The position numbers and the translations under genes are program-made. A stretch of DNA of 32,000 bases from Cupriavidus necator (lineage in GTDB: Bacteria; Pseudomonadota; Gammaproteobacteria; Burkholderiales; Burkholderiaceae): contig NZ_CP066018.1 in assembly GCF_016127575.1 (NCBI RefSeq), positions 1,860,001 to 1,892,000 on the forward strand, read 5' to 3'. Of the stretch, positions 11,476 through 22,720 are shown in pieces; positions within the stretch are counted from its first letter, which is position 1; every line of letters begins with the position of its first letter. The notes beneath the pieces were generated by a model, which saw only the letters and a list, made by a program, of their open reading frames with translations, ran no database searches and was not told where the DNA came from.

Positions 11476-11724
11476 ATGCTGCCTACACCGGAACAAGTCA
11501 GGGATTACATTGCCCAAGGACTGCCCTGCGAACATCTGCAAGTCGAGGGCGATGGCCAGCACTTCTTTGCCACCATCGTCAGCGCCGAATTTGAAGGCAA
11601 GCGGCTGATCCAGCGCCACCAGCGCGTCTATGCCGCGCTGGGCGACCGCATGCGTGCCGAGATCCACGCGCTGTCGATGAAGACGCTGACGCCTGCCGAG
11701 TGGCAGGCGGGCGAAGGCAAGTAA
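11476..11724 (+). CDS. ibaG: BolA-family protein IbaG (YrbA)
   Basis: 82 aa. BolA-like pattern (VEGDGQHFFATIVSAEFEGK...RHQRVY..IHALSMKTLTPAEW). It occupies the canonical position immediately upstream of murA, as in the enterobacterial mla-ibaG-murA arrangement. Confidence 0.85.
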   Translation: MLPTPEQVRDYIAQGLPCEHLQVEGDGQHFFATIVSAEFEGKRLIQRHQRVYAALGDRMRAEIHALSMKTLTPAEWQAGEGK

Positions 11725-13056
<1,332 letters not shown>

Positions 13057-13065
13057 GGAAGTCCG

Positions 13066-13740
13066 ATGAGCCCCACTTTCAACGCATCGCCCAACCAGCT
13101 GACGCTGGCGCTGTCCAAGGGCCGCATCTTCACCGAGACGCTGCCGCTCCTGGAAGCCGCCGGCATCCGCGTCACCGAGGACCCCGAGACCTCGCGCAAG
13201 CTGATCCTGCCGACCTCCGATCCGGCCGTGCGCGTGGTGATCGTGCGCGCCTCGGACGTGCCGACCTACGTCCAGTATGGCGCCGCCGATTTCGGCGTGG
13301 CCGGCAAGGACGTGCTGATGGAAAGCGGCATGGCCGGCCTGTATGCGCCGATCGACCTGAACATCGCGCGCTGCCGCATGTCGGTGGCGGTGCCGGCCGG
13401 GTTTGACTACGCCAACGCGGTGCGCCAGGGCGCGCGCCTGGCCGTGGCCACCAAGTATGTGCAGACCGCGCGCGAGCATTTTGCGAAAAAGGGCGTTCAC
13501 GTCGACCTGATCAAGCTGTACGGTTCGATGGAGCTGGGCCCGCTGGTGGGCCTGTCCGACGCCATCGTCGACCTGGTCAGCACTGGCAGCACGCTGCGCG
13601 CCAACAACCTGGTTGAAGTCGAAGAGATCGTGCAGATCTCGTCGCGGCTGGTGGTGAACCAGGCCGCGCTCAAACTCAAGCGCGAGCGGCTTGCGCCGAT
13701 TCTCGACGCATTCGAACGGGCTTCGGCGGCGCTGGCGTAA
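13066..13740 (+). CDS. hisG: ATP phosphoribosyltransferase, short form (HisZ-dependent type)
   Basis: 224 aa with no C-terminal regulatory domain. HisG motifs [26 protein letters not shown] and [12 protein letters not shown]. The GAGGAA RBS overlaps the murA stop. Confidence 0.93.
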   Translation: MSPTFNASPNQLTLALSKGRIFTETLPLLEAAGIRVTEDPETSRKLILPTSDPAVRVVIVRASDVPTYVQYGAADFGVAGKDVLMESGMAGLYAPIDLNIARCRMSVAVPAGFDYANAVRQGARLAVATKYVQTAREHFAKKGVHVDLIKLYGSMELGPLVGLSDAIVDLVSTGSTLRANNLVEVEEIVQISSRLVVNQAALKLKRERLAPILDAFERASAALA

Positions 13741-13779
13741 GGCCACACCAGGCCCGCGCCGACTGAGAGGAAAGTAGTC

Positions 13780-15120
13780 ATGAACGCAACCGAAATGGAA
13801 AACCTGCCGATCCGCCGGCTCGATTCCAGCAAGCCTGGCTTTGCCGAGGCGCTGCGCCAGGTGCTGGCCTTCGAGGCTGGCGAGGACGAGGCCATCGATC
13901 GCGCCGCCGCGCAGATCCTGGCTGATGTGAAGGCGCGCGGGGATGCCGCGGTGCTGGAATACACCAGGCGCTTCGACCGCGTGGAAGCGTCGTCGATGGG
14001 CGCGCTGGAGGTATCGCAGCAGCAGCTCGAAGCCGCGCTCGAAGACCTCGAACCCAAGCGCCGCGCCGCGCTGGAGGCCGCCGCCGCGCGCGTGCGCGCC
14101 TACCACGAGAAGCAGAAGATCGAATGCGGCAGCCACAGCTGGGAATACACCGAGGCCGACGGCACCATGCTGGGCCAGAAGGTGACGCCGCTGGACCGCG
14201 TCGGCATCTACGTGCCGGGCGGCAAGGCCGCGTATCCGTCGTCGGTGCTGATGAACGCGATCCCGGCGCGCGTGGCGGGCGTGAAGGAAATCATCATGGT
14301 CGTGCCCACGCCGGGCGGCGTGCGCAATGAGCTGGTGCTGGCCGCCGCGCAGATCGCCGGCGTCGACCGCGTGTTCACCATCGGCGGCGCCCAGGCGATT
14401 GGCGCGCTGGCCTACGGCACGGCGACGCTGCCGCAGGTCGACAAGATCGTCGGCCCGGGCAATGCCTATGTGGCCGCGGCCAAGCGGCGCGTGTTCGGCA
14501 CCGTCGGCATCGACATGATTGCCGGCCCGTCCGAGATCCTGGTGATCTGCGACGGCACCACCGACCCCGACTGGGTGGCGATGGACCTGTTCTCGCAGGC
14601 CGAGCACGACGAACTGGCGCAGTCGATCCTGCTGTGCCCGGACGCCGGCTATATCGCCCGCGTCGAAGCCAGCATCCAGCGCCAGCTTGGCACCATGCCG
14701 CGGCGCGAGGTGATTGCCGCCTCGATCTCCGGCCGTGGCGCGCTGATCAAGGTGCGCGACATGGAAGAGGCCTGCGAGATCGCCAACGCGATCGCGCCCG
14801 AGCACCTGGAGATCTCGGCCGAGAACCCGCGCCAGTGGAGCGAAAAGATCCGCCACGCCGGCGCCATCTTCCTGGGCCCCTATACCAGCGAGTCGCTCGG
14901 CGATTACTGCGCGGGCCCGAACCACGTGCTGCCGACCTCGCGCACCGCGCGCTTCTCTTCGCCGCTGGGCGTCTATGACTTCCAGAAGCGTTCGAGCCTG
15001 ATCGAAGTGAGCGAGGGCGGGGCGCAGATGCTCGGCCAGATCGCCGCCGAGCTGGCCTATGGCGAAGGCCTGCAGGCCCACGCCCGCAGCGCGGAATATC
15101 GTTTCACCAAACGCAGTTGA
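13780..15120 (+). CDS. hisD: Histidinol dehydrogenase
   Basis: 446 aa. Conserved blocks [39 protein letters not shown] and [13 protein letters not shown]. Confidence 0.96.
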   Translation: MNATEMENLPIRRLDSSKPGFAEALRQVLAFEAGEDEAIDRAAAQILADVKARGDAAVLEYTRRFDRVEASSMGALEVSQQQLEAALEDLEPKRRAALEAAAARVRAYHEKQKIECGSHSWEYTEADGTMLGQKVTPLDRVGIYVPGGKAAYPSSVLMNAIPARVAGVKEIIMVVPTPGGVRNELVLAAAQIAGVDRVFTIGGAQAIGALAYGTATLPQVDKIVGPGNAYVAAAKRRVFGTVGIDMIAGPSEILVICDGTTDPDWVAMDLFSQAEHDELAQSILLCPDAGYIARVEASIQRQLGTMPRREVIAASISGRGALIKVRDMEEACEIANAIAPEHLEISAENPRQWSEKIRHAGAIFLGPYTSESLGDYCAGPNHVLPTSRTARFSSPLGVYDFQKRSSLIEVSEGGAQMLGQIAAELAYGEGLQAHARSAEYRFTKRS

Positions 15121-15167
15121 TCTACTGACCCACGCTGCCTGATAAGGCAGCCAACTTAGGAGTTCCC

Positions 15168-16268
15168 ATGCCAGCCGTAGAGCCCTCCCTGATCGAACGC
15201 ATCATCCGTGACGACGTACGCGCCATGGGCGCCTACCACGTGCCGGATTCGCACGGTCTGGTCAAGCTCGACGCAATGGAGAACCCGTACCGGCTGCCTC
15301 CCGCTCTGCGCCGCGAACTGGCCGAGCGCCTGGGCGAGGTTGCGCTGAACCGCTACCCGGTGCCCAGCAGCGAAGCGCTGCGCGCCAAGCTGAAGACCGT
15401 GATGCAGGTGCCGGCCGGCATGGACGTGCTGCTCGGCAATGGCTCGGACGAGATCATCAGCATGCTGGCGCTGGCCGCGGCCAGGCCCGGCGCCAAGGTA
15501 ATGGCGCCGGTGCCGGGCTTCGTCATGTACGCAATGTCGGCGCAGTTCGCCGGCCTGCAATTCGTCGGCGTGCCGCTGCGCGCGGACTTCACGCTCGACC
15601 GCGCCGCCATGCTGGCGGCGATGGCCGAGCACCAGCCCGCCATCATCTACCTGGCGTACCCGAACAACCCCACCGGCAACCTGTTCGATGCCGCCGACAT
15701 GGAGGCCATCGTCCGCGCCGCCCAGGGCGAGGTCTGCAACAGCCTGGTGGTGGTGGACGAGGCCTACCAGCCGTTCGCGCAGCACAGCTGGATGCCGCGC
15801 CTGACGGAATTCGGCAACCTTTTGGTGATGCGCACCGTATCCAAGCTGGGCCTGGCCGGCATCCGCCTGGGCTACCTGGCCGGCGCGCCCGAATGGCTGT
15901 CGCAGCTGGACAAGGTGCGCCCGCCGTACAACGTCAACGTGCTGACCGAAGCCGCCGCGCTGTTCGCGCTGGAGCACGTGTCGGTGCTGGACGAACAGGC
16001 CGCCCAACTGCGCGACGAACGCGCCCGTGTGGCCGAAGGCATGGCCGCGAATGCGGGCGTGACGGTGTTCCCCAGCGCCGCCAATTTCCTGCTCGCGCGC
16101 GTGCCGGATGCCGCACAGACGTTCGACCGGCTGCTGGCCCGCAAGGTATTGATCAAGAACGTGAGTAAAATGCACCCGTTGCTGGCCAATTGTCTGCGCG
16201 TCACGGTCAGCACCCCCGAAGAAAACGCGCAGTTCCTTGAGGCATTCGCAGCGTCGCTGCAGGATTAA
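15168..16268 (+). CDS. hisC: Histidinol-phosphate aminotransferase
   Basis: 366 aa. Class-II aminotransferase pattern ([41 protein letters not shown] with the PLP lysine). RBS TAGGAG at 15157-15162. Confidence 0.94.
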
Positions 16269-16272
16269 CACC

Positions 16273-16860
16273 ATGCGTGTTGCAGAGGTCACCCGCAATA
16301 CTTCGGAAACGCAAATTCGCGTTTCCCTGAATCTCGACGGCAGCGGCCGCCAGAAACTGGCGTCCGGCGTGCCGTTCCTTGACCACATGCTGGACCAGAT
16401 CGCCCGGCACGGCATGTTCGACCTGGAGGTCGAAGCCACCGGCGACACGCATATCGACGACCACCACACGGTGGAAGACGTGGGCATCACGCTCGGCCAG
16501 GCGGTTGCCAGGGCCATCGGCGACAAGAAAGGCATCACCCGCTATGGCCACAGCTATGTGCCGCTGGACGAATGCCTGTCGCGCGTGGTGATCGATTTCT
16601 CCGGCCGTCCCGGCCTGGAATTCCACGTGCCGTTCACGCGTGCGCGCGTGGGCAGCTTCGACGTGGACCTGACCATCGAGTTCTTCCGCGGCTTCGTCAA
16701 CCATGCGGGCGTGACCCTGCATATCGACAACCTGCGCGGCATCAATGCCCACCATCAGTGCGAAACCGTGTTCAAGGCCTTTGGCCGGGCATTGCGCATG
16801 GCGGTGGAGCTGGACCCGCGCGCGGCGAACACGATCCCGTCGACCAAGGGTACGCTCTGA
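16273..16860 (+). CDS. hisB: Imidazoleglycerol-phosphate dehydratase (monofunctional)
   Basis: 195 aa from ATG 16273 ([25 protein letters not shown]). Motifs [23 protein letters not shown] and [17 protein letters not shown]. There is no N-terminal histidinol-phosphatase domain. Confidence 0.95.
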
Positions 16861-16952
16861 CCTTTCCACCACGGTAGGCGTGCCGGCTGGTTGCGGCGCC
16901 CGCTGACCTTCCAAGCCTGAACCTGGCCAGCGATGCTGGCGACCCGCAACCG

Positions 16953-17576
16953 ATGGATACGCTCAAGTCGTTTATTTCGCTGCTGGCGCTGATCAACCCG
17001 ATCGGGGCGATCCCGTTCTTCATCAGCCTGACCAGCCTGCAGACGGAAGCGGAAAAGCTGCGTACCATCAAGATCGCATCGGTTTCGGTGGCGATCGTGG
17101 TGGCGGTGTCGGCCTTGCTGGGGCAGCAGATCATCGAGTTCTTCAATATCTCGGTGGCGTCGCTGCAGGTGGGTGGCGGGCTCATCATGATCATGATGGC
17201 CATGAACATGCTGAACGCGCAGACCAGCCGCACCAAGGCCACGCCGGAAGAAGAGGACGAGGCCGAGGTAAAGTCCAGCATCGCGGTGGTGCCGCTGGCG
17301 CTGCCGCTGCTGACCGGGCCGGGCTCGATCAGCACGGTGATCGTCTATGCCGGCAAGACCCAGCACTGGTACCAGTTGCTGATCCTGGTCGGCCTGGGCG
17401 TGGTGATCGGTGCGGTGGTGTACCTGGTGTTCCGCGCGGCCGACCCGATCGCCCGGGTCATCGGCCGCACCGGCATCAATATCGGCACGCGCCTGATGGG
17501 GCTGATCCTGTCGGCGCTGGCCGTGGAATTCATTGTGGACGGGCTGAAGACATTGTTGCCTGTTTTGAAATCATGA
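16953..17576 (+). CDS. MarC-family (UPF0056) integral membrane protein embedded in the his operon
   Basis: A 207-aa polytopic membrane protein. MarC-type blocks ([34 protein letters not shown]). ATGA start/stop overlap with hisH. Confidence 0.85.
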   Translation: MDTLKSFISLLALINPIGAIPFFISLTSLQTEAEKLRTIKIASVSVAIVVAVSALLGQQIIEFFNISVASLQVGGGLIMIMMAMNMLNAQTSRTKATPEEEDEAEVKSSIAVVPLALPLLTGPGSISTVIVYAGKTQHWYQLLILVGLGVVIGAVVYLVFRAADPIARVIGRTGINIGTRLMGLILSALAVEFIVDGLKTLLPVLKS

Positions 17577-18226
17577 CTACCATAGCAATTGTGGATTACG
17601 GCATGGGCAACCTGCGCTCGGTGGCGCAGGCGCTGCGTGCCGCGGCGCCGGAAGCGGACGTGCGCGTGGTGGATGCCCCCGAAGGCATCCGCTCGGCGGA
17701 CCGCGTGGTGCTGCCCGGCCAGGGCGCGATGCCCGACTGCATGTCGGCGCTGGGCGCGTCCGGGCTGCAGGAGGCGGTGGTGCAGGCCGCCGCCAGCAAG
17801 CCGATGCTGGGTGTGTGCGTGGGCGAGCAGATGCTGTTCGAGTTCAGCACCGAAAGCCGGGCCGGCGCGGACCGTACGCCGGCGCTGGGCCTGATGCCCG
17901 GCCAGGTGGTGCGCTTTGCGCTGGACGGCATGACGCAGCCCGACGGCTCGCGCTACAAGGTGCCGCAGATGGGTTGGAACCGGGTGCGCCAGGCCAGGCC
18001 TCACCCGCTGTGGGACGGTATCCCGGACGACAGCTGGTTCTATTTCGTCCACAGTTACTATGTGCAGGCGCAGGACCCGGCCCATGTTGCCGGTGAAACG
18101 GAATACGGAGTCGTATTTACCAGCGCGGTAGCGCGCGATAATATTTTCGCGACGCAGTTCCACCCCGAGAAGAGCGCGGCCCTGGGCCTGCAGCTGTACC
18201 GGAACTTCGTCCACTGGAAGCCCTGA
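17573..18226 (+). CDS. hisH: Imidazole glycerol phosphate synthase, glutamine amidotransferase subunit
   Basis: 217 aa. Class-I GATase triad context ([17 protein letters not shown] with the catalytic Cys, ATQFHPEKS). Confidence 0.94.
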   Translation: MTTIAIVDYGMGNLRSVAQALRAAAPEADVRVVDAPEGIRSADRVVLPGQGAMPDCMSALGASGLQEAVVQAAASKPMLGVCVGEQMLFEFSTESRAGADRTPALGLMPGQVVRFALDGMTQPDGSRYKVPQMGWNRVRQARPHPLWDGIPDDSWFYFVHSYYVQAQDPAHVAGETEYGVVFTSAVARDNIFATQFHPEKSAALGLQLYRNFVHWKP

Positions 18227-18364
18227 CCCGATTCGTTTTTTTACCGATCATCGACCGCTAACTCGACCCGTCACCCGACCTGTTTCCGATCGACTATCGA
18301 CCCGACCTGACCGGCAGCGCCGGTCTCGCTCAATCTCTATCACTCAACCACGCTCGTCACGCAT

Positions 18365-19111
18365 ATGTTGCTCATTCCGGCCATCGACCTGAAGGACGGT
18401 CAGTGTGTACGCCTCAAACAAGGCGACATGGACCAGGCCACCGTCTTTTCCGAAGATCCCGCCGCCATGGCACGCCACTGGGTGGAGCAGGGCGCCCGCC
18501 GCCTGCACCTGGTGGACCTGAATGGCGCGTTCGTGGGCAAGCCCCGCAACGAGGAGGCCATCAAGGCCATCATCGCCGAGGTCGGCGACGAGATCCCGGT
18601 GCAGCTGGGGGGCGGCATCCGCGACCTGAACACCATCGAACGCTGGCTGGATGACGGGCTGTCGTACGTCATCATCGGCACCGCCGCGGTGAAAAACCCC
18701 GGTTTCCTGAAGGATGCCTGCTCGGCCTTCGGCGGCCATATCATCGTCGGCCTGGATGCCAGGGACGGCAAGGTAGCGACCGACGGCTGGAGCAAGCTGA
18801 CCGGCCACGAGGTGGCGGACCTGGCACGCAAGTATGAAGACTACGGCGTCGAGGCCATCATCTACACCGATATCGGCCGCGACGGCATGCTGCAGGGGAT
18901 CAATATCGATGCCACCGTCAAGCTGGCGCAATCGATGTCGATCCCGGTGATCGCCAGCGGCGGGCTGTCCAACCTGGCCGACATCGACAATCTCTGCGCG
19001 GTCGAGGGCGAAGGTGTCGAAGGCGTCATTTGCGGCCGCGCGATCTACTCCGGGGATCTCAACTTTGCCGCCGCGCAGGCACTGGCGGACAAGCTGCGCG
19101 ACGGGCAATAA
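18365..19111 (+). CDS. hisA: ProFAR isomerase (1-(5-phosphoribosyl)-5-[(5-phosphoribosylamino)methylideneamino]imidazole-4-carboxamide isomerase)
   Basis: 248 aa. [45 protein letters not shown]. Confidence 0.95.
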   Translation: MLLIPAIDLKDGQCVRLKQGDMDQATVFSEDPAAMARHWVEQGARRLHLVDLNGAFVGKPRNEEAIKAIIAEVGDEIPVQLGGGIRDLNTIERWLDDGLSYVIIGTAAVKNPGFLKDACSAFGGHIIVGLDARDGKVATDGWSKLTGHEVADLARKYEDYGVEAIIYTDIGRDGMLQGINIDATVKLAQSMSIPVIASGGLSNLADIDNLCAVEGEGVEGVICGRAIYSGDLNFAAAQALADKLRDGQ

Positions 19112-19171
19112 GGCAACGCGCCGCGGGCGCAGCCGCCGCCAGACTGGAGCTGGCGGCGGACAAGGAATCTC

Positions 19172-19942
19172 ATGCTAGCCAAACGTATCATCCCCTGCCT
19201 GGACGTGACCAACGGGCGGGTGGTCAAGGGCGTCAACTTTGTCGAGCTGCGCGACGCGGGCGATCCCGTGGAAATCGCGCGCCGCTACGATGAGCAGGGC
19301 GCCGATGAAATCACATTCCTGGACATCACCGCGACCAGCGACGGGCGTGACCTGATGCTGCACATCATCGAGGATGTGGCTTCGCAGGTCTTTATTCCGC
19401 TGACGGTGGGTGGCGGCGTGCGCACGGTCGAAGACGTGCGGCGCCTGCTCAATGCCGGCGCGGACAAGATCAGCGTCAATTCGTCGGCCATCGCCAATCC
19501 GCAGCTGGTGTCGGATGCGACTGCCAAGTACGGCTCGCAATGCATCGTGGTGGCGATCGACGCCAAGCGCAGTTCCGCCCCGGGCGAAGCGCCGCGCTGG
19601 GAAGTCTTCACCCACGGCGGGCGCAAGGCCACCGGGCTGGATGCGGTCGAATGGGCGCGCGAGATGGCCGCGCGCGGCGCCGGCGAGATCCTGCTGACCA
19701 GCATGGACCGCGACGGCACCAAGAGCGGTTTCGACCTGGAACTGACCCGCGCCGTCAGCGACGCGGTGCCGGTGCCGGTAATCGCCTCGGGTGGCGTCGG
19801 CGGCCTGCAGGACCTGGCCGATGGCATCACCCGGGGCCGCGCCGACGCGGTGCTGGCCGCCAGCATCTTCCACTACGGGCAACACACCGTGGGCGAAGCC
19901 AAGGCATTCATGGCCCGCGAGGGCATTCCCGTGCGGATCTGA
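19172..19942 (+). CDS. hisF: Imidazole glycerol phosphate synthase, cyclase subunit
   Basis: 256 aa. [52 protein letters not shown]. Confidence 0.96.
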   Translation: MLAKRIIPCLDVTNGRVVKGVNFVELRDAGDPVEIARRYDEQGADEITFLDITATSDGRDLMLHIIEDVASQVFIPLTVGGGVRTVEDVRRLLNAGADKISVNSSAIANPQLVSDATAKYGSQCIVVAIDAKRSSAPGEAPRWEVFTHGGRKATGLDAVEWAREMAARGAGEILLTSMDRDGTKSGFDLELTRAVSDAVPVPVIASGGVGGLQDLADGITRGRADAVLAASIFHYGQHTVGEAKAFMAREGIPVRI

Positions 19943-19944
19943 TC

Positions 19945-20349
19945 ATGGCAAAGAAGTGGCTCAACAAGGTCAAATGGGACGATAACGGCCTGGTGCCGGT
20001 GATCGTGCAGGAAGTCGGCTCGAACGACGTGCTGATGTTCGCGTTCATGAACCGCGACGCGCTGCAGCGCACCGTGGAGCTGGGCGAGGCCGTGTTCTGG
20101 TCGCGCTCGCGCAAGCGCCTGTGGCACAAGGGCGAAGAGTCCGGCCATGTGCAGAAGGTGCACGAGATCCGCCTGGACTGCGATGAAGACGTGGTGCTGC
20201 TCAAGGTGACCCAGATCGACAATATCGCCTGCCATACCGGGCGCCATTCCTGCTTCTTCCAGAAGTTCGAGGGCGATGTGGAAGTCGGCGACTGGCAGAC
20301 AGTCGAGCCGGTGCTGAAGGACCCTGCCCAGATCTACACCAAGCCATGA
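19945..20349 (+). CDS. hisI: Phosphoribosyl-AMP cyclohydrolase
   Basis: 134 aa from ATG 19945 ([23 protein letters not shown]...). Motifs [17 protein letters not shown] and [22 protein letters not shown]. The long N-terminal part of the listed ORF (19540 onward) overlaps hisF and is not credible. Confidence 0.94.
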
Positions 20350-20717
20350 GCGACAACCAACTCAGCAGCAATGATGTCCTGGCGCGCCTGGCCGAAGTGC
20401 TGGAATCGCGCAAGCCCGCCAACGGCGGCGACCCTGACAAATCCTATGTGGCGCGCCTGTTCAGCAAGGGCGACGACGCCATCCTGAAGAAGATCGGCGA
20501 GGAAGCCACCGAGACCGTGATGGCCGCCAAGGACGCGCGCGCCGCCGGGCAGACTGGCGCCGAGGCCGGCAAGGTGGTTTATGAAGTGGCCGACCTGTGG
20601 TTCCACAGCATGGTATTGCTGGCCAACTTCGGCCTGACGCCGGCGGATGTGGTCAACGAGCTCGCGCGGCGCGAGGGGCTGTCCGGCCTCGAGGAAAAGG
20701 CCCGGCGCAAGGACTAG
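20346..20717 (+). CDS. hisE: Phosphoribosyl-ATP pyrophosphatase
   Basis: 123 aa. ATGA overlap with his[25 protein letters not shown] and [13 protein letters not shown] are typical of HisE (MazG-like). Confidence 0.92.
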
Positions 20718-20777
20718 CTGGCGCAGGCGCCGGCCGGTCTTCCGCCTGCCCGCAAGGCAGGCTTCTAACCAAGGGCA

Positions 20778-21170
20778 ATGATGGCGAACGACTACACCGG
20801 GCAAGTCACCACCCCCAGCGGCGAGCAGTTGAGCAGCCTGCGCAAGCTGCTGCACATCCTGTATGCCCTGTATGCGATCTTCTGGCTGACCGGCGGCATC
20901 ACCGCGCTGATCGCCATCGTGATCGACTACGTCAAGCGCGACGACGCGCGCGGCTCGCTGTATGCCTCGCACTTCGCCTGGCAGATCCGCTCGTTCTGGT
21001 GGTCGGTGGTGTGGGGCGTGCTGGGCGGGGTGCTGTTCGCGACAGTCGTGCTGATGCCGCTGGCCTTTGCCGTCTGGGGCGTGCTGTCGCTGTGGATGCT
21101 GTATCGTATCGTCAAGGGCTGGCTGTACCTGAATGACAGCAAGCCGATGTACCCGGATCAGCAGTTCTGA
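20778..21170 (+). CDS. Small integral membrane protein of unknown function (three predicted TM segments)
   Basis: 130 aa with hydrophobic segments (ILYALYAIFWLTGGITALIAIVI; SFWWSVVWGVLGGVLFATVVL; AFAVWGVLSLWMLYRIV). GC3-rich codon usage is consistent with real coding. I cannot assign a family securely from memory; it may be DUF4870/COG3671-like. Confidence 0.7.
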   Translation: MMANDYTGQVTTPSGEQLSSLRKLLHILYALYAIFWLTGGITALIAIVIDYVKRDDARGSLYASHFAWQIRSFWWSVVWGVLGGVLFATVVLMPLAFAVWGVLSLWMLYRIVKGWLYLNDSKPMYPDQQF

Positions 21171-21233
21171 TCCCGGGCAGGCCGGGCGCGTGAAGCTGAC
21201 ACCGGGTGCCGCGGCCGTCGCAATGAAATCTTC

Positions 21234-21590
21234 ATGAACGCTCAGGATAATTGCATCTTCTGCAAGATCGTGGCCGGACAGCTACCGTCGCGCAAGGTCT
21301 ACGAAGACGACGATATGGTGGCCTTCCACGATATCCATCCCAAGGCACCGGTACACTTGCTGGTCGTTCCCAGGTCGCATGTCGACTCGCTGGCCGATTG
21401 CGGCGCCGGCGAAGGGGAGCTGCTTGCTAGAATGATGCTGAAGGTGCCTGAACTGGCGCGGGCGGCAGGCTGTGCCAACGGATTCCGGACGGTGATCAAC
21501 ACCGGCCCGGACGGCGGCCAGGAGGTCTACCACCTGCATCTCCATGTGTTGGGCGGGCCGCGCCACGAGTGGAAGGGACCGCTGCCCTGA
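21234..21590 (+). CDS. hinT: Histidine-triad (HIT) nucleotide hydrolase, HinT-like
   Basis: 118 aa. CIFCKIVAGQLPSRKVYEDD, AFHDIHPKAPVHLLVVP, and the HIT motif GGQEVYHLHLHVLGG. Confidence 0.88.
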   Translation: MNAQDNCIFCKIVAGQLPSRKVYEDDDMVAFHDIHPKAPVHLLVVPRSHVDSLADCGAGEGELLARMMLKVPELARAAGCANGFRTVINTGPDGGQEVYHLHLHVLGGPRHEWKGPLP

Positions 21591-21738
21591 CCGGCAGCTT
21601 TTGGCATGGGAGTGTCCGCGGCGGCAACGCCTCGGGCAGAAGCTGCGTCGGCAACCGTCGCCCGGCGCGGCCATAACGGGACGGAACAACGGGTCCGGGC
21701 ATATCTGATTGCGCCCGCGGCTTCATCAGGAGCAAGAA

Positions 21739-21972
21739 ATGGGTTCGTTTAGCATTTGGCACTGGCTGATCGTGCTGGTGATCGTCATGCTCGTGTTCGG
21801 CACCAAGAAACTGCGCAATATCGGCCAGGACCTGGGCGGCGCGGTCAAGGGCTTCAAGGACGGCATGAAGGACGGCGAGGGCAAGGCTGCCGCCGATCCC
21901 GCCCAGTCCAAGGAACTGCGCGACTCCACCACCATCGACGTCGAAGCCAAGGAAAAGACCCGCCAGCAGTAA
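21739..21972 (+). CDS. tatA: Twin-arginine translocase subunit TatA
   Basis: 77 aa from ATG 21739 after [46 protein letters not shown] is the canonical TatA/E N-terminus. Confidence 0.94.
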   Translation: MGSFSIWHWLIVLVIVMLVFGTKKLRNIGQDLGGAVKGFKDGMKDGEGKAAADPAQSKELRDSTTIDVEAKEKTRQQ

Positions 21973-22067
21973 TCCGGCGGTGTGCCATCCCTTCTACGCA
22001 AACCTCGCTGCCTGCGTGTCGTCCCGCGCCTGCGCTTTTCCGCATGTTGTCCGCATGATGTGTCCGC

Positions 22068-22580
22068 ATGATTGATCTCGGCATTTCCAAGCTGGCGCTG
22101 ATCGGCGCCGTGGCACTGATCGTGATCGGTCCCGAACGGCTGCCCAAGGTTGCGCGCACTGTGGGCGCGCTGGTCGGCCGGGCGCAGCGCTACATCAACG
22201 ACGTCAAGGCCGAAGTCAGCCGCGAGGTTGAACTGGAAGAACTGCGCAAGATGCGCACGGAATTCGAGGACGCCGCGCGCGATGTCGAGCGCACCATCCA
22301 TAAGGAAGTCAACGAGCAGACCCAGGCGCTGAACGAAGCCCTGGGCGGTGCCGAGGGGACCAGCGGCGGCGGTAGCGCCGACGCCGGCGGCGGCTTCGTG
22401 CCAAGCTGGGATGCGGCCCACAAGGCGCACAACGGGCGCAAGAGCTGGCGCGTCAAGCAGGGCGCCCGCCCGCTCTGGTTCAAGCGCCAGCACAATGTCC
22501 GCGTCTGGGTGCAGTCGGGCGCGGCGCGCGTCAAGCGCCACCGGCCGGTCACCCGGCCATCCCGATCCTTCTTCGAGTGA
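22068..22580 (+). CDS. tatB: Twin-arginine translocase subunit TatB
   Basis: 170 aa. MIDLGISKLALIGAVALIVIGPERLPKVARTVGALVGRAQRY is the canonical TatB N-terminus. The C-terminal half is variable and charged. Confidence 0.93.
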   Translation: MIDLGISKLALIGAVALIVIGPERLPKVARTVGALVGRAQRYINDVKAEVSREVELEELRKMRTEFEDAARDVERTIHKEVNEQTQALNEALGGAEGTSGGGSADAGGGFVPSWDAAHKAHNGRKSWRVKQGARPLWFKRQHNVRVWVQSGAARVKRHRPVTRPSRSFFE

Positions 22581-22720
22581 GCATGCGCCGCGGCATCACC
22601 TTGCCGGCCGTCGTTCCGGCCGCTGCCGTCGTGGCTGCAGTCCTGGTTGCATTCGCGCGCCGCCGCGTTGCGGCCCCATCGATCCACCTTGCCAGCCCCC
22701 GCGGCTGAGCGGTTCACGCC

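Noticed and set aside
19540-19944. A long N-terminal extension of the hisI ORF (269 aa in total) overlapping hisF.
   Set aside because: The extension lies in an alternative frame of hisF and is Arg/Gly/Pro-rich. HisI homology begins at ATG 19945, 2 nt after the hisF stop.
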